DNA of 64,000 bases from Escherichia coli (GTDB lineage Bacteria > Pseudomonadota > Gammaproteobacteria > Enterobacterales > Enterobacteriaceae), in assembly GCF_050920415.1 (NCBI RefSeq), contig NZ_CP169309.1; one strand, written 5' to 3'. Of the stretch, positions 20,765 to 37,420 are shown one piece after another. The first letter of the stretch is position 1; every line of letters starts with the position of its first letter. Under the pieces are notes generated by a model. The model was not told where the DNA came from. It made no database searches and saw only the letters and a list, made by a program, of their open reading frames with translations. Position numbers and translations under genes: made by a program.

Positions 20765-21043
20765 ATGATCGCGGAGTTTGAATCACGCATTCTGGCATTA
20801 ATCGACGGTATGGTTGACCATGCCAGTGATGATGAGTTGTTTGCCAGTGGGTATTTGCGTGGCCACCTGACATTAGCCATCGCAGAACTGGAAAGTGGTG
20901 ATGACCACTCCGCCCAGGCGGTACATAAGACCGTTAGCCAGAGTCTGGAAAAAGCCATTGGTGCCGGTGAGTTGTCGCCGCGAGACCAGGCGCTGGTGAC
21001 CGATATGTGGGAAAACCTGTTTCAACAGGCTTCACAGCAGTAA
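20765..21043 (+). CDS. yfcL: Small uncharacterized protein YfcL
   Basis: 92-aa translation matching YfcL. Confidence 0.88.
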   Translation: MIAEFESRILALIDGMVDHASDDELFASGYLRGHLTLAIAELESGDDHSAQAVHKTVSQSLEKAIGAGELSPRDQALVTDMWENLFQQASQQ

Positions 21044-21063
21044 GTTGTTGGCGTCTGGAGCGT

Positions 21064-21245
<182 letters not shown>

Positions 21246-21258
21246 CTGCCAAAGCAGA

Positions 21259-23331
<2,073 letters not shown>

Positions 23332-23340
23332 CTATTAATT

Positions 23341-23357
23341 GGCTGATCGGACTTGTT
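23341..23357. promoter_or_regulatory. Putative FadR activator site in the fabB promoter
   Basis: gctgaTCGGACtTGTTc resembles the FadR half-site (GTC-GAC-NGTT); fabB is a known FadR-activated gene. Confidence 0.45.
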
Positions 23358-23358
23358 C

Positions 23359-23374
23359 GGCGTACAAGTGTACG
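23359..23374. promoter_or_regulatory. Putative FabR repressor palindrome in the fabB promoter
   Basis: gcgtacaagtgtacgc: inverted repeat gcgtaca/tgtacgc, about 50 bp upstream of the fabB ATG. Confidence 0.5.
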
Positions 23375-23423
23375 CTATTGTGCATTCGAAACTTACTCTA
23401 TGTGCGACTTACAGAGGTATTGA

Positions 23424-24644
23424 ATGAAACGTGCAGTGATTACTGGCCTGGGCATTGTTTCCAGCATCGGTAATAACCAGCAGGAAGTCCTGGCATCTCT
23501 GCGTGAAGGACGTTCAGGGATCACTTTCTCTCAGGAGCTGAAGGATTCCGGCATGCGTAGCCACGTCTGGGGCAACGTAAAACTGGATACCACTGGCCTC
23601 ATTGACCGCAAAGTTGTGCGCTTTATGAGCGACGCATCCATTTATGCATTCCTTTCTATGGAGCAGGCAATTGCAGATGCTGGCCTCTCCCCGGAAGCTT
23701 ATCAGAATAACCCGCGCGTTGGCCTGATTGCAGGTTCTGGCGGCGGTTCCCCTCGTTTCCAGGTGTTCGGCGCTGACGCTATGCGTAGCCCGCGCGGCCT
23801 GAAAGCGGTTGGCCCGTATGTGGTCACCAAAGCGATGGCATCTGGCGTTTCTGCCTGCCTCGCCACGCCGTTTAAAATTCACGGCGTTAACTACTCCATC
23901 AGCTCCGCGTGTGCGACTTCCGCACACTGTATCGGTAACGCAGTAGAGCAGATCCAACTGGGCAAACAGGACATCGTGTTTGCTGGCGGCGGCGAAGAGC
24001 TGTGCTGGGAAATGGCTTGCGAATTCGACGCGATGGGCGCGCTGTCTACTAAATACAACGACACCCCAGAAAAAGCCTCCCGTACTTACGACGCTCACCG
24101 CGACGGTTTCGTTATCGCTGGCGGCGGCGGTATGGTGGTGGTTGAAGAGCTGGAACACGCGCTGGCGCGTGGGGCTCACATCTATGCTGAAATCGTTGGT
24201 TACGGCGCAACGTCTGATGGTGCAGACATGGTTGCTCCGTCTGGCGAAGGCGCAGTTCGCTGCATGCAGATGGCGATGCACGGTGTTGATACGCCAATCG
24301 ACTACCTGAACTCTCACGGTACTTCAACTCCGGTTGGCGACGTGAAAGAGCTGGCGGCTATCCGTGAAGTATTCGGTGATAAGAGCCCGGCGATTTCTGC
24401 AACCAAAGCAATGACCGGTCACTCTCTGGGCGCTGCGGGTGTGCAGGAAGCTATCTACTCTCTGCTGATGCTGGAACACGGCTTTATCGCACCGAGCATC
24501 AACATTGAAGAGCTGGACGAGCAGGCTGCGGGTCTGAACATTGTGACCGAAACGACCGATCGCGAACTGACTACCGTTATGTCTAACAGCTTCGGCTTCG
24601 GTGGCACCAACGCCACGCTGGTAATGCGTAAGCTGAAAGATTAA
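23424..24644 (+). CDS. fabB: 3-oxoacyl-ACP synthase I FabB
   Basis: 406-aa KAS I translation with active-site Cys (SSACATS) and His-His motifs. Confidence 0.96.
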   Translation: MKRAVITGLGIVSSIGNNQQEVLASLREGRSGITFSQELKDSGMRSHVWGNVKLDTTGLIDRKVVRFMSDASIYAFLSMEQAIADAGLSPEAYQNNPRVGLIAGSGGGSPRFQVFGADAMRSPRGLKAVGPYVVTKAMASGVSACLATPFKIHGVNYSISSACATSAHCIGNAVEQIQLGKQDIVFAGGGEELCWEMACEFDAMGALSTKYNDTPEKASRTYDAHRDGFVIAGGGGMVVVEELEHALARGAHIYAEIVGYGATSDGADMVAPSGEGAVRCMQMAMHGVDTPIDYLNSHGTSTPVGDVKELAAIREVFGDKSPAISATKAMTGHSLGAAGVQEAIYSLLMLEHGFIAPSINIEELDEQAAGLNIVTETTDRELTTVMSNSFGFGGTNATLVMRKLKD

Positions 24645-24650
24645 TTCGGA

Positions 24651-24713
24651 GTAGGTCGGATAAGACGCGCCAGCGTCGCATCCGACGATACGCGCCAATG
24701 CGGCATTCGACAC
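24651..24713. repeat. REP element(s) downstream of fabB
   Basis: gtaggtcggataagacgcgccagcgtcgcatccgac followed by a degenerate second REP. Confidence 0.7.
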
Positions 24714-24721
24714 TAACGCAA

Positions 24722-24747
24722 AAGGGAACCCGATGGTTCCCTTTTTC
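24722..24747 (+). terminator. Intrinsic terminator after fabB
   Basis: aagggaacc-cgat-ggttccctt followed by a T-run. Confidence 0.75.
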
Positions 24748-24907
24748 ACATCATTGACAATCGCCGCCTGTTCCAGGCAAACTTCCCGCTTTGTCGATTT
24801 CCTTCTGAAAAGACGTACGCGTTAAATCCTGCCAACGCGTACCGTAACCCTGAAACCAGAGAGATGAGACGGGGAAATTCCTCGCCTCGCGCTGCATTCT
24901 GGAGTAA

Positions 24908-27081
<2,174 letters not shown>

Positions 27082-27179
27082 TACGTATCCTTATACCTGA
27101 AATCATCGCAAGTATGCCTGGCCGCGAGATTATGGCACACTTGTCCGGTTAACTCTCGTCTCATACAGGTAACACAAAC

Positions 27180-28316
27180 GTGAAAATCCTTGTTGATGAA
27201 AATATGCCTTATGCCCGCGACTTATTTAGCCGTTTGGGTGAGGTGACTGCGGTTCCGGGGCGTCCAATCCCAGTAGCTCAACTGGCAGATGCGGATGCGC
27301 TGATGGTGCGTTCGGTCACGAAAGTGAATGAATCTTTGCTGGCAGGAAAACCCATTAAATTTGTTGGCACAGCCACAGCGGGAACCGACCATGTCGATGA
27401 AGCATGGTTAAAGCAGGCGGGAATTGGTTTTTCCGCAGCACCTGGCTGTAATGCGATTGCGGTGGTGGAATATGTTTTCTCCTCACTGCTGATGCTTGCT
27501 GAACGCGATGGATTTTCACTGCATGAGCGTACCGTGGGGATCGTGGGCGTTGGTAACGTTGGTCGGCGTTTACAGGCGCGACTGGAAGCGCTGGGGATCA
27601 AAACCTTGCTTTGCGATCCGCCGCGTGCCGATCGTGGGGATGAGGGCGATTTCCGTTCGTTGGATGAATTAGTCCAGCATGCGGATATCCTGACATTCCA
27701 TACGCCACTCTTTAAAGACGGACCTTACAAAACGCTGCATCTAGCGGACGAAAAACTGATTCGTAACCTGAAGCCGGGAGCGATCTTGATTAACGCCTGC
27801 CGTGGCGCAGTCGTTGATAATACTGCCCTGTTGACCTGTCTGAATGAAGGTCAGAAGTTAAGCGTAGTGCTGGATGTCTGGGAAGGCGAACCGGAACTCA
27901 ACGTGGAATTGCTGAAAAAAGTGGATATCGGCACGCCGCATATTGCGGGTTACACCCTCGAAGGTAAAGCCCGTGGCACTACGCAAGTATTTGAAGCGTA
28001 TAGCAAGTTTATTGGGCGTGAGCAACACGTTGCGCTTGATACGTTGCTACCCGCGCCAGAGTTTGGCCGTATTACACTGCATGGTCCGCTCGATCAACCG
28101 ACACTGAAAAGGCTGGTGCATTTGGTGTATGATGTGCGCCGCGATGACGCACCGCTGCGTAAAGTCGCCGGGATACCGGGTGAGTTCGATAAACTGCGCA
28201 AAAACTATCTTGAGCGCCGTGAATGGTCATCTCTGTATGTGATTTGTGATGACGCCAGTGCGGCATCATTGCTGTGTAAACTGGGTTTTAACGCCGTTCA
28301 TCATCCGGCACGTTAA
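27180..28316 (+). CDS. pdxB: Erythronate-4-phosphate dehydrogenase PdxB
   Basis: 378-aa D-2-hydroxyacid dehydrogenase translation matching PdxB; GTG start at 27180. Confidence 0.94.
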   Translation: MKILVDENMPYARDLFSRLGEVTAVPGRPIPVAQLADADALMVRSVTKVNESLLAGKPIKFVGTATAGTDHVDEAWLKQAGIGFSAAPGCNAIAVVEYVFSSLLMLAERDGFSLHERTVGIVGVGNVGRRLQARLEALGIKTLLCDPPRADRGDEGDFRSLDELVQHADILTFHTPLFKDGPYKTLHLADEKLIRNLKPGAILINACRGAVVDNTALLTCLNEGQKLSVVLDVWEGEPELNVELLKKVDIGTPHIAGYTLEGKARGTTQVFEAYSKFIGREQHVALDTLLPAPEFGRITLHGPLDQPTLKRLVHLVYDVRRDDAPLRKVAGIPGEFDKLRKNYLERREWSSLYVICDDASAASLLCKLGFNAVHHPAR

Positions 28317-28381
28317 TCTCTTCTTCATGCTCTCTGCTGTAACATTGGCAGAGAGCTTTGCTATTTCTGGAGTAAACCACC

Positions 28382-29395
28382 ATGTCTGAAGGCTGGAACA
28401 TTGCCGTCCTGGGCGCAACTGGCGCTGTGGGCGAAGCCCTGCTTGAAACGCTGGCTGAACGTCAGTTCCCGGTTGGGGAAATTTATGCACTGGCACGTAA
28501 CGAAAGCGCAGGCGAACAACTGCGCTTTGGTGGTAAGACAATCACCGTGCAGGATGCCGCTGAATTCGACTGGACGCAGGCGCAACTGGCGTTTTTTGTC
28601 GCAGGCAAAGAAGCTACCGCTGCCTGGGTTGAAGAAGCGACCAACTCAGGTTGCCTGGTGATCGACAGCAGCGGATTGTTTGCTCTCGAACCTGACGTAC
28701 CGCTGGTGGTGCCGGAAGTTAACCCGTTTGTACTGACCGATTACCGCAACCGAAATGTCATCGCCGTACCGGACAGCCTGACCAGCCAGCTGTTGGCAGC
28801 ACTGAAACCGTTAATCGATCAGGGCGGTTTGTCACGTATCAGCGTCACCAGCCTGATTTCTGCCTCCGCCCAGGGTAAAAAAGCGGTCGATGCGTTAGCA
28901 GGACAGAGCGCGAAACTGTTGAACGGTATTCCGATTGATGAAGAGGATTTCTTCGGTCGTCAGCTGGCGTTCAACATGCTGCCGTTACTGCCGGATAGCG
29001 AAGGTAGCGTGCGTGAAGAACGTCGTATCGTTGACGAAGTACGCAAAATTCTGCAAGACGAAGGGCTGATGATTTCGGCAAGTGTTGTTCAGGCACCGGT
29101 ATTTTACGGTCATGCCCAGATGGTCAACTTTGAAGCTCTGCGTCCGCTGGCGGCAGAAGAAGCGCGTGATGCGTTTGCCCAGGGCGAAGATATTGTGCTC
29201 TCTGAAGAGAACGAATTCCCGACGCAGGTGGGGGATGCTTCTGGTACGCCGCATCTTTCCGTTGGCTGTGTACGCAATGACTACGGTATGCCGGAGCAAG
29301 TCCAGTTCTGGTCAGTGGCCGATAACGTTCGCTTTGGCGGCGCGCTGATGGCAGTAAAAATCGCCGAGAAACTGGTGCAGGAGTATCTGTACTAA
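28382..29395 (+). CDS. usg: Usg, aspartate-semialdehyde dehydrogenase paralog of unknown function
   Basis: 337-aa translation matching Usg (USG-1). Confidence 0.9.
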   Translation: MSEGWNIAVLGATGAVGEALLETLAERQFPVGEIYALARNESAGEQLRFGGKTITVQDAAEFDWTQAQLAFFVAGKEATAAWVEEATNSGCLVIDSSGLFALEPDVPLVVPEVNPFVLTDYRNRNVIAVPDSLTSQLLAALKPLIDQGGLSRISVTSLISASAQGKKAVDALAGQSAKLLNGIPIDEEDFFGRQLAFNMLPLLPDSEGSVREERRIVDEVRKILQDEGLMISASVVQAPVFYGHAQMVNFEALRPLAAEEARDAFAQGEDIVLSEENEFPTQVGDASGTPHLSVGCVRNDYGMPEQVQFWSVADNVRFGGALMAVKIAEKLVQEYLY

Positions 29396-30207
29396 TGTCC
29401 GACCAGCAACAACCGCCAGTTTACAAAATTGCGCTGGGCATTGAGTACGACGGCAGTAAGTATTACGGCTGGCAACGGCAGAACGAAGTACGCAGTGTGC
29501 AGGAGAAACTGGAAAAGGCACTCTCTCAGGTGGCGAACGAACCGATCACCGTCTTTTGTGCCGGGCGTACCGACGCAGGCGTACACGGTACAGGGCAGGT
29601 TGTGCATTTCGAAACTACCGCACAGCGTAAAGACGCTGCGTGGACGTTGGGCGTAAATGCGAATTTACCTGGTGACATCGCCGTGCGTTGGGTTAAAGCT
29701 GTACCTGATGATTTTCATGCCCGATTTAGCGCCACGGCTCGCCGTTATCGCTACATCATCTACAATCATCGGCTGCGTCCGGCAGTGCTGAGTAAAGGGG
29801 TAACCCATTTTTACGAACCGCTGGACGCTGAACGGATGCATCGGGCCGCGCAATGCCTGCTGGGCGAGAATGATTTCACCTCGTTCCGTGCGGTGCAGTG
29901 CCAGTCCCGAACCCCGTGGCGCAACGTTATGCATATTAATGTCACGCGTCACGGTCCTTATGTGGTGGTAGATATCAAAGCAAATGCCTTTGTACATCAT
30001 ATGGTCAGGAATATTGTAGGCAGCCTGATGGAAGTCGGTGCCCACAACCAGCCGGAGAGCTGGATAGCAGAACTGCTGGCGGCAAAGGACAGAACGCTGG
30101 CGGCAGCAACGGCAAAAGCGGAAGGACTGTATCTGGTCGCGGTGGATTACCCTGACCGGTTTGATCTTCCAAAACCGCCAATGGGCCCGCTATTTCTGGC
30201 GGACTAA
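29395..30207 (+). CDS. truA: tRNA pseudouridine(38-40) synthase TruA
   Basis: 270-aa translation matching TruA; start overlaps the usg stop (TAATG). Confidence 0.95.
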   Translation: MSDQQQPPVYKIALGIEYDGSKYYGWQRQNEVRSVQEKLEKALSQVANEPITVFCAGRTDAGVHGTGQVVHFETTAQRKDAAWTLGVNANLPGDIAVRWVKAVPDDFHARFSATARRYRYIIYNHRLRPAVLSKGVTHFYEPLDAERMHRAAQCLLGENDFTSFRAVQCQSRTPWRNVMHINVTRHGPYVVVDIKANAFVHHMVRNIVGSLMEVGAHNQPESWIAELLAAKDRTLAAATAKAEGLYLVAVDYPDRFDLPKPPMGPLFLAD

Positions 30208-30289
30208 CGAGAATAATGCTCGGAACATTTCAGGCTGTAGCCAACGTAGTTACAGCCTGAAAGATGACGAGTACAAGGCATAGGCTAAT

Positions 30290-30949
30290 ATGGACCTGAT
30301 TTATTTCCTCATCGATTTTATCCTGCACATTGACGTGCATCTGGCAGAACTGGTCGCAGAGTATGGCGTCTGGGTTTATGCCATCCTGTTTTTGATTTTG
30401 TTCTGTGAAACCGGTCTGGTGGTAACGCCGTTCTTACCGGGAGATTCGCTGCTGTTTGTTGCAGGGGCACTGGCCTCGCTTGAAACCAACGATCTCAATG
30501 TTCATATGATGGTGGTACTGATGTTAATTGCCGCGATTGTTGGTGATGCGGTCAACTACACCATAGGACGGTTGTTCGGTGAGAAATTATTCAGTAATCC
30601 GAACTCGAAAATTTTTCGTCGTAGCTATCTCGACAAAACTCATCAGTTTTATGAAAAACACGGCGGCAAAACCATTATTCTCGCCCGTTTTGTGCCAATC
30701 GTCAGAACGTTTGCCCCCTTTGTCGCAGGGATGGGCCACATGTCGTACCGTCATTTCGCTGCCTATAACGTGATCGGCGCACTGTTGTGGGTACTGCTTT
30801 TTACCTACGCAGGCTATTTCTTCGGTACAATTCCGATGGTTCAGGATAACCTTAAGCTGCTGATCGTCGGGATTATTGTGGTTTCCATTTTGCCGGGCGT
30901 CATCGAAATTATCCGTCACAAACGCGCTGCGGCACGCGCCGCAAAATAA
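30290..30949 (+). CDS. dedA: DedA family inner membrane protein
   Basis: 219-aa membrane protein matching DedA. Confidence 0.92.
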   Translation: MDLIYFLIDFILHIDVHLAELVAEYGVWVYAILFLILFCETGLVVTPFLPGDSLLFVAGALASLETNDLNVHMMVVLMLIAAIVGDAVNYTIGRLFGEKLFSNPNSKIFRRSYLDKTHQFYEKHGGKTIILARFVPIVRTFAPFVAGMGHMSYRHFAAYNVIGALLWVLLFTYAGYFFGTIPMVQDNLKLLIVGIIVVSILPGVIEIIRHKRAAARAAK

Positions 30950-31104
30950 AAAGTAACTCCGCGGTTCGACCACTTTTTTATCCAAAGTTTCGGGCTGTTA
31001 TGTTTTAATGTGCAACATTCATGGTCTGTTGGGGACAAAAATGGCATTATGCGTCCCCAAAGATAAAACTGGCATCGAACCAGGTTCAGACAGAAAGGTC
31101 CCTA

Positions 31105-32019
31105 ATGAGCTGGATTGAACGAATTAAAAGCAACATTACTCCCACCCGCAAGGCGAGCATTCCTGAAGGGGTGTGGACTAAGTGTGATAGCTGCGGTCAG
31201 GTTTTATACCGCGCTGAGCTGGAACGTAATCTTGAGGTCTGTCCGAAGTGTGACCATCACATGCGTATGACAGCGCGTAATCGCCTGCATAGCCTGTTAG
31301 ATGAAGGAAGCCTTGTGGAGCTGGGTAGCGAGCTTGAGCCGAAAGATGTGCTGAAGTTTCGTGACTCCAAGAAGTATAAAGACCGTCTGGCATCTGCGCA
31401 GAAAGAAACCGGCGAAAAAGATGCGCTGGTGGTGATGAAAGGCACCCTGTATGGAATGCCGGTTGTCGCTGCGGCATTCGAGTTCGCCTTTATGGGCGGT
31501 TCCATGGGGTCTGTGGTAGGTGCACGTTTCGTACGTGCCGTTGAGCAGGCGCTGGAAGATAACTGCCCGCTGATCTGCTTCTCCGCGTCTGGTGGCGCAC
31601 GTATGCAGGAAGCACTGATGTCGCTGATGCAGATGGCGAAAACCTCTGCGGCACTGGCAAAAATGCAGGAGCGCGGCTTGCCGTACATCTCCGTGCTGAC
31701 CGACCCGACCATGGGCGGTGTTTCTGCAAGTTTCGCCATGCTGGGCGATCTCAATATTGCTGAACCGAAAGCGTTAATCGGCTTTGCCGGTCCGCGTGTT
31801 ATCGAACAGACCGTTCGCGAAAAACTGCCGCCAGGATTCCAGCGCAGTGAATTCCTGATCGAGAAAGGCGCCATCGACATGATCGTCCGTCGTCCGGAAA
31901 TGCGCCTGAAACTGGCGAGCATTCTGGCGAAGTTGATGAATCTGCCAGCGCCGAATCCTGAAGCGCCGCGTGAAGGCGTAGTGGTGCCACCGGTACCGGA
32001 TCAGGAACCTGAGGCCTGA
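31105..32019 (+). CDS. accD: Acetyl-CoA carboxylase carboxyltransferase beta subunit AccD
   Basis: Track ORF 31021..32019 trimmed to MSWIERIK (304 aa); N-terminal C4 zinc finger CDSCGQ...CPKCDHH present. Confidence 0.95.
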
Positions 32020-32029
32020 TAACTGATAA

Positions 32030-32058
32030 GGGCAGGGCCACTGGCTCTGCCCTTTTGC
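32030..32058 (+). terminator. Intrinsic terminator after accD
   Basis: gggcagggcc-act-ggctctgccc followed by TTTTGC. Confidence 0.65.
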
Positions 32059-32088
32059 TATTCTCACCGTAACGAATCAGCGGATACC

Positions 32089-33357
32089 ATGATTATCAAA
32101 CGCACTCCTCAAGCCGCGTCGCCTCTGGCTTCGTGGCTTTCTTATCTGGAAAACCTGCACAGTAAAACTATCGATCTTGGCCTTGAGCGCGTAAGCCAGG
32201 TCGCGGCACGTCTTGGCGTTCTGAAACCAGCGCCATTTGTATTTACCGTTGCGGGTACGAATGGCAAAGGCACCACCTGCCGTACGCTGGAGTCGATTCT
32301 GATGGCGGCAGGGTACAAAGTGGGCGTCTACAGTTCGCCACATCTGGTGCGTTATACCGAGCGCGTTCGTGTGCAGGGCCAGGAATTGCCGGAATCGGCC
32401 CACACAGCCTCTTTTGCGGAGATTGAATCGGCACGCGGTGATATTTCCCTGACCTATTTCGAGTACGGTACGCTGTCGGCGTTGTGGCTGTTCAAACAGG
32501 CACAACTTGACGTGGTGATTCTGGAAGTAGGGCTGGGCGGACGTCTGGATGCAACCAATATTGTCGATGCTGATGTTGCGGTGGTGACCAGCATTGCGCT
32601 GGATCATACCGACTGGTTGGGGCCAGATCGCGAAAGCATTGGTCGTGAGAAAGCAGGGATTTTCCGCAATGAAAAACCGGCAATTGTCGGAGAGCCTGAA
32701 ATGCCTTCTACCATTGCTGATGTGGCGCAGGAAAAAGGCGCACTGCTACAACGTCGGGGCGTTGAGTGGAACTATTCCGTCAGTGACAATGACTGGACGT
32801 TCAGCGATGCTCACGGCACGCTGGAAAATCTGCCGTTGCCGCTTGTCCCGCAACCGAATGCCGCAACGGCACTGGCGGCACTGCGTGCCAGCGGGCTGGA
32901 GGTCAGTGAAAATGCCATTCGTGACGGGATTGCCAGCGCAATTTTGCCGGGACGTTTCCAGATTGTGAGCGAGTCGCCACGCGTTATTTTTGATGTCGCG
33001 CATAATCCACATGCGGCGGAATATCTCACCGGGCGTATGAAAGCGTTACCGAAAAACGGGCGCGTTCTGGCGGTTATCGGTATGCTACATGATAAAGATA
33101 TTGCCGGAACTCTGGCCTGGTTGAAAAGCGTGGTTGATGACTGGTATTGTGCGCCACTGGAAGGGCCGCGCGGTGCCACGGCAGAACAACTGCTTGAGCA
33201 TTTGGGTAACGGCAAATCATTTGATAGCGTGGCGCAGGCATGGGATGCCGCAATGGCGGACGCTAAAGCGGAAGATACCGTGCTGGTGTGTGGTTCGTTC
33301 CACACGGTCGCACATGTCATGGAAGTGATTGACGCGAGGAGAATCGGTGGCAAGTAA
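32089..33357 (+). CDS. folC: Dihydrofolate synthase / folylpolyglutamate synthase FolC
   Basis: 422-aa translation matching FolC. Confidence 0.95.
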   Translation: MIIKRTPQAASPLASWLSYLENLHSKTIDLGLERVSQVAARLGVLKPAPFVFTVAGTNGKGTTCRTLESILMAAGYKVGVYSSPHLVRYTERVRVQGQELPESAHTASFAEIESARGDISLTYFEYGTLSALWLFKQAQLDVVILEVGLGGRLDATNIVDADVAVVTSIALDHTDWLGPDRESIGREKAGIFRNEKPAIVGEPEMPSTIADVAQEKGALLQRRGVEWNYSVSDNDWTFSDAHGTLENLPLPLVPQPNAATALAALRASGLEVSENAIRDGIASAILPGRFQIVSESPRVIFDVAHNPHAAEYLTGRMKALPKNGRVLAVIGMLHDKDIAGTLAWLKSVVDDWYCAPLEGPRGATAEQLLEHLGNGKSFDSVAQAWDAAMADAKAEDTVLVCGSFHTVAHVMEVIDARRIGGK

Positions 33358-34009
33358 GTTTCAGAATCGGTTAGTGGGTACGATCGTGCTGGTGGCGCTG
33401 GGGGTGATTGTACTTCCAGGGTTGCTGGACGGGCAGAAAAAGCATTATCAGGATGAGTTCGCGGCAATCCCTCTGGTGCCGAAAGCGGGCGATCGCGATG
33501 AGCCTGATATGATGCCAGCCGCCACCCAGGCGTTGCCGACACAGCCGCCAGAAGGCGCAGCGGAAGAGGTGCGGGCAGGTGATGCTGCCGCGCCGTCGCT
33601 CGATCCGGCCACTATTGCAGCCAATAACACCGAGTTTGAACCGGAACCTGCACCGGTCGCCCCACCGAAGCCGAAACCGGTGGAACCGCCTAAACCGAAG
33701 GTTGAAGCAGCACCTGCGCCGAAGCCAGAACCGAAGCCGGTCGTGGAAGAAAAAGCCGCCCCGACGGGTAAAGCGTATGTCGTCCAGCTGGGCGCGCTGA
33801 AAAATGCCGATAAAGTGAATGAGATTGTCGGTAAGCTGCGCGGTGCCGGTTATCGGGTTTATACGTCGCCATCCACGCCGGTGCAGGGTAAAATTACCCG
33901 TATTCTGGTTGGGCCAGATGCCTCGAAAGATAAGCTGAAAGGTTCGCTGGGTGAACTCAAGCAGCTTTCTGGCTTAAGTGGCGTGGTGATGGGCTATACA
34001 CCGAATTAA
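33347..34009 (+). CDS. dedD: Cell division protein DedD (SPOR domain)
   Basis: Track ORF 33329..34009 trimmed to the GTG start I recall (VASKFQNRLVG, 220 aa); overlaps the folC 3-prime end by 11 nt. Pro/Lys-rich linker and C-terminal SPOR domain. Confidence 0.88.
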   Translation: MASKFQNRLVGTIVLVALGVIVLPGLLDGQKKHYQDEFAAIPLVPKAGDRDEPDMMPAATQALPTQPPEGAAEEVRAGDAAAPSLDPATIAANNTEFEPEPAPVAPPKPKPVEPPKPKVEAAPAPKPEPKPVVEEKAAPTGKAYVVQLGALKNADKVNEIVGKLRGAGYRVYTSPSTPVQGKITRILVGPDASKDKLKGSLGELKQLSGLSGVVMGYTPN

Positions 34010-34016
34010 TACGGTT

Positions 34017-34285
<269 letters not shown>

Positions 34286-34320
34286 CGCATTGCCCGATGC
34301 TGCAAAGGCATAAAAAGTCG

Positions 34321-34353
34321 ATGGCGTTGAATATTTTTTCAGCGCCATTTTTA
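34321..34353 (+). terminator. Possible intrinsic terminator closing the folC-dedD unit
   Basis: atggcg...cgccat stem with a 16-nt loop, followed by TTTTTA. Confidence 0.4.
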
Positions 34354-34377
34354 TTGAAGCGTGGGAAGGAAATCCCT

Positions 34378-34393
34378 ACGCAAACGTTTTCTT
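34378..34393. promoter_or_regulatory. PurR operator (PUR box) of the cvpA-purF operon
   Basis: acgcaaacgttttctt matches the PUR box consensus ACGCAAACGTTTTCNT, about 55 bp upstream of cvpA. Confidence 0.75.
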
Positions 34394-34449
34394 TTTCTGT
34401 TAGAATGCGCCCCGAACAGGATGACAGGGCGTAAAATCGTGGGACACAT

Positions 34450-34938
34450 ATGGTCTGGATTGATTACGCCATAATCGCGGTGATTGCTTTTTCCTCTCTG
34501 GTTAGCCTGATCCGCGGCTTTGTTCGTGAAGCGTTATCGCTGGTGACATGGGGTTGTGCTTTCTTTGTTGCCAGTCATTACTACACTTACCTGTCAGTCT
34601 GGTTTACGGGCTTTGAAGACGAACTGGTTCGAAATGGGATTGCCATCGCGGTACTGTTTATCGCTACCCTGATCGTTGGTGCTATCGTGAACTTCGTGAT
34701 AGGCCAGTTGGTGGAGAAAACGGGGTTGTCAGGCACCGACCGGGTGCTGGGCGTCTGTTTCGGTGCGTTGCGCGGTGTGTTGATTGTTGCTGCCATTCTC
34801 TTCTTTCTCGACTCCTTTACCGGGGTGTCGAAAAGCGAAGACTGGAGCAAATCACAGCTGATCCCGCAGTTCAGTTTTATCATCAGATGGTTTTTTGATT
34901 ATCTGCAAAGCTCGTCAAGTTTCTTGCCCAGAGCGTAA
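34450..34938 (+). CDS. cvpA: Colicin V production membrane protein CvpA
   Basis: 162-aa membrane protein matching CvpA. Confidence 0.92.
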   Translation: MVWIDYAIIAVIAFSSLVSLIRGFVREALSLVTWGCAFFVASHYYTYLSVWFTGFEDELVRNGIAIAVLFIATLIVGAIVNFVIGQLVEKTGLSGTDRVLGVCFGALRGVLIVAAILFFLDSFTGVSKSEDWSKSQLIPQFSFIIRWFFDYLQSSSSFLPRA

Positions 34939-34974
34939 GTGCTCTGAGATGTGGCTTAACGAGGAAAAAGACGT

Positions 34975-36492
34975 ATGTGCGGTATTGTCGGTATCGCCGG
35001 TGTTATGCCGGTTAACCAGTCGATTTATGATGCCTTAACGGTGCTTCAGCATCGCGGTCAGGATGCCGCCGGCATCATCACCATTGATGCCAATAATTGC
35101 TTCCGTTTGCGTAAAGCGAACGGGCTGGTGAGCGATGTCTTCGAAGCTCGCCATATGCAGCGTTTGCAGGGCAATATGGGCATTGGTCATGTGCGTTACC
35201 CCACGGCTGGTAGCTCCAGCGCCTCTGAAGCGCAGCCGTTTTACGTTAACTCCCCGTATGGCATCACGCTTGCCCACAACGGCAATCTGACCAACGCTCA
35301 TGAGTTGCGTAAAAAACTGTTTGAAGAAAAACGCCGCCACATCAACACCACTTCCGACTCGGAAATTCTGCTTAATATCTTCGCCAGCGAGCTGGACAAC
35401 TTCCGCCACTACCCGCTGGAAGCCGACAACATCTTCGCCGCCATCGCCGCTACAAACCGCTTAATCCGCGGTGCGTATGCCTGTGTGGCGATGATTATCG
35501 GCCACGGTATGGTGGCTTTCCGCGATCCTAACGGTATTCGTCCGCTGGTACTGGGGAAACGTGATATCGACGACAATCGCACAGAATATATGGTCGCTTC
35601 CGAAAGCGTTGCGCTCGATACCCTGGGCTTTGAGTTCCTGCGTGATGTCGCCCCAGGCGAGGCGATTTACATCACTGAAGAAGGGCAGCTGTTTACCCGC
35701 CAGTGCGCTGACAACCCGGTCAGCAATCCGTGCCTGTTCGAGTATGTTTACTTTGCCCGACCAGACTCGTTCATCGACAAAATTTCCGTTTACAGCGCGC
35801 GTGTGAATATGGGCACCAAGCTGGGCGAGAAAATTGCTCGCGAATGGGAAGATCTGGATATCGACGTGGTGATCCCAATTCCGGAAACCTCTTGTGATAT
35901 CGCGCTGGAAATTGCTCGTATTCTGGGCAAACCGTACCGCCAGGGCTTCGTTAAAAACCGCTATGTTGGCCGCACCTTCATCATGCCTGGCCAGCAGCTG
36001 CGTCGTAAGTCCGTGCGCCGTAAACTGAACGCCAACCGCGCCGAGTTCCGCGATAAAAACGTCCTGCTGGTCGACGACTCCATCGTCCGTGGCACCACTT
36101 CTGAGCAGATTATCGAGATGGCACGCGAAGCCGGAGCGAAGAAAGTGTATCTCGCCTCAGCGGCACCGGAAATTCGCTTCCCGAACGTTTACGGTATCGA
36201 TATGCCGAGCGCCACGGAGCTTATCGCTCACGGTCGCGAAGTAGATGAAATTCGCCAGATCATCGGTGCTGATGGTTTGATTTTCCAGGATCTGAATGAT
36301 CTGATCGAAGCCGTCCGTGCGGAAAACCCGGATATCCAGCAGTTTGAATGCTCGGTGTTCAACGGCGTTTACGTCACCAAAGATGTTGATCAGGGCTACC
36401 TCGATTTCCTTGATACTTTACGTAATGACGACGCTAAAGCCGTGCAACGTCAGAACGAAGTGGAAAATCTCGAAATGCATAACGAAGGATAA
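34975..36492 (+). CDS. purF: Amidophosphoribosyltransferase PurF
   Basis: 505-aa translation with N-terminal MCGIVG Ntn-hydrolase motif. Confidence 0.97.
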   Translation: MCGIVGIAGVMPVNQSIYDALTVLQHRGQDAAGIITIDANNCFRLRKANGLVSDVFEARHMQRLQGNMGIGHVRYPTAGSSSASEAQPFYVNSPYGITLAHNGNLTNAHELRKKLFEEKRRHINTTSDSEILLNIFASELDNFRHYPLEADNIFAAIAATNRLIRGAYACVAMIIGHGMVAFRDPNGIRPLVLGKRDIDDNRTEYMVASESVALDTLGFEFLRDVAPGEAIYITEEGQLFTRQCADNPVSNPCLFEYVYFARPDSFIDKISVYSARVNMGTKLGEKIAREWEDLDIDVVIPIPETSCDIALEIARILGKPYRQGFVKNRYVGRTFIMPGQQLRRKSVRRKLNANRAEFRDKNVLLVDDSIVRGTTSEQIIEMAREAGAKKVYLASAAPEIRFPNVYGIDMPSATELIAHGREVDEIRQIIGADGLIFQDLNDLIEAVRAENPDIQQFECSVFNGVYVTKDVDQGYLDFLDTLRNDDAKAVQRQNEVENLEMHNEG

Positions 36493-36586
36493 TGACTTCG
36501 CTCAGGGTGCCGGTCTGGCACCCTGACTTGCAACTCCCGCTGAAATCCTGCAAAGTCTGCCTGCAAGTCTGACAGGGCAACTATTT

Positions 36587-37156
36587 ATGAAACGACTCAT
36601 TGTAGGCATCAGCGGTGCCAGCGGCGCGATTTATGGCGTACGATTATTACAGGTTCTGCGCGATGTCACAGATATCGAAACGCATCTGGTAATGAGCCAG
36701 GCGGCGCGCCAGACCTTATCCCTTGAAACGGATTTCTCCCTGCGTGATGTGCAGGCATTAGCCGATGTCACGCACGATGCGCGCGATATTGCCGCCAGCA
36801 TCTCTTCTGGTTCTTTCCAGACGTTGGGGATGGTGATTTTACCCTGTTCAATCAAAACCCTGTCCGGCATTGTCCATAGCTATACGGATGGTTTACTGAC
36901 CCGTGCGGCAGATGTTGTGCTGAAAGAGCGTCGCCCGCTGGTGCTCTGCGTGCGTGAAACACCATTGCACTTAGGCCATCTGCGTTTAATGACTCAGGCG
37001 GCAGAAATCGGTGCGGTAATTATGCCTCCCGTTCCGGCATTTTATCATCGCCCACAATCCCTTGATGATGTGATAAATCAGACGGTTAACCGTGTTCTTG
37101 ACCAGTTTGCGATAAATCTACCCGAAGATCTCTTTGCCCGCTGGCAGGGCGCATAA
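36587..37156 (+). CDS. ubiX: Flavin prenyltransferase UbiX
   Basis: 189-aa translation matching UbiX. Confidence 0.94.
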   Translation: MKRLIVGISGASGAIYGVRLLQVLRDVTDIETHLVMSQAARQTLSLETDFSLRDVQALADVTHDARDIAASISSGSFQTLGMVILPCSIKTLSGIVHSYTDGLLTRAADVVLKERRPLVLCVRETPLHLGHLRLMTQAAEIGAVIMPPVPAFYHRPQSLDDVINQTVNRVLDQFAINLPEDLFARWQGA

Positions 37157-37337
37157 CTCCGCTGTTGCCCTGTTTCAGGGCAATTTTGCAACCGCGATCA
37201 AATCCTCAACATTTTGTTCCTGCCATTCAATCGAAACGCTGCGATCCAACCGCCATACCTGCTATCTTCAACTTCAGGACAATAATGCAACGTCTTATTA
37301 ACATATTTAACGTTGGATGTTACTGTTGTCGTCAAGA

Positions 37338-37353
37338 TGGCATAAGACCTGCA
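37338..37353 (+). promoter_or_regulatory. Putative sigma-54 (-24/-12) promoter for argT
   Basis: TGGCAT-aagac-CTGCAT fits the GG-N10-GC sigma-54 pattern, about 70 bp upstream of the argT ATG; argT is known as nitrogen-regulated. Confidence 0.5.
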
Positions 37354-37420
37354 TGAACGAGCCTGCAAACACACAACACAATACACAACATAAAAAAGCC
37401 ATTTCACTTGAGGGTTATGT

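Noticed and set aside
23514-24317. 267-aa ORF on the minus strand
   Set aside because: Antisense to fabB; no SD, and the plus-strand frame is the well-supported gene.
32811-33542. 243-aa ORF on the minus strand (also 31257..31922 minus, 221 aa)
   Set aside because: Antisense to folC/dedD and accD respectively; Ser/Ala/Pro-rich low-complexity translations of the complementary strand of real genes.
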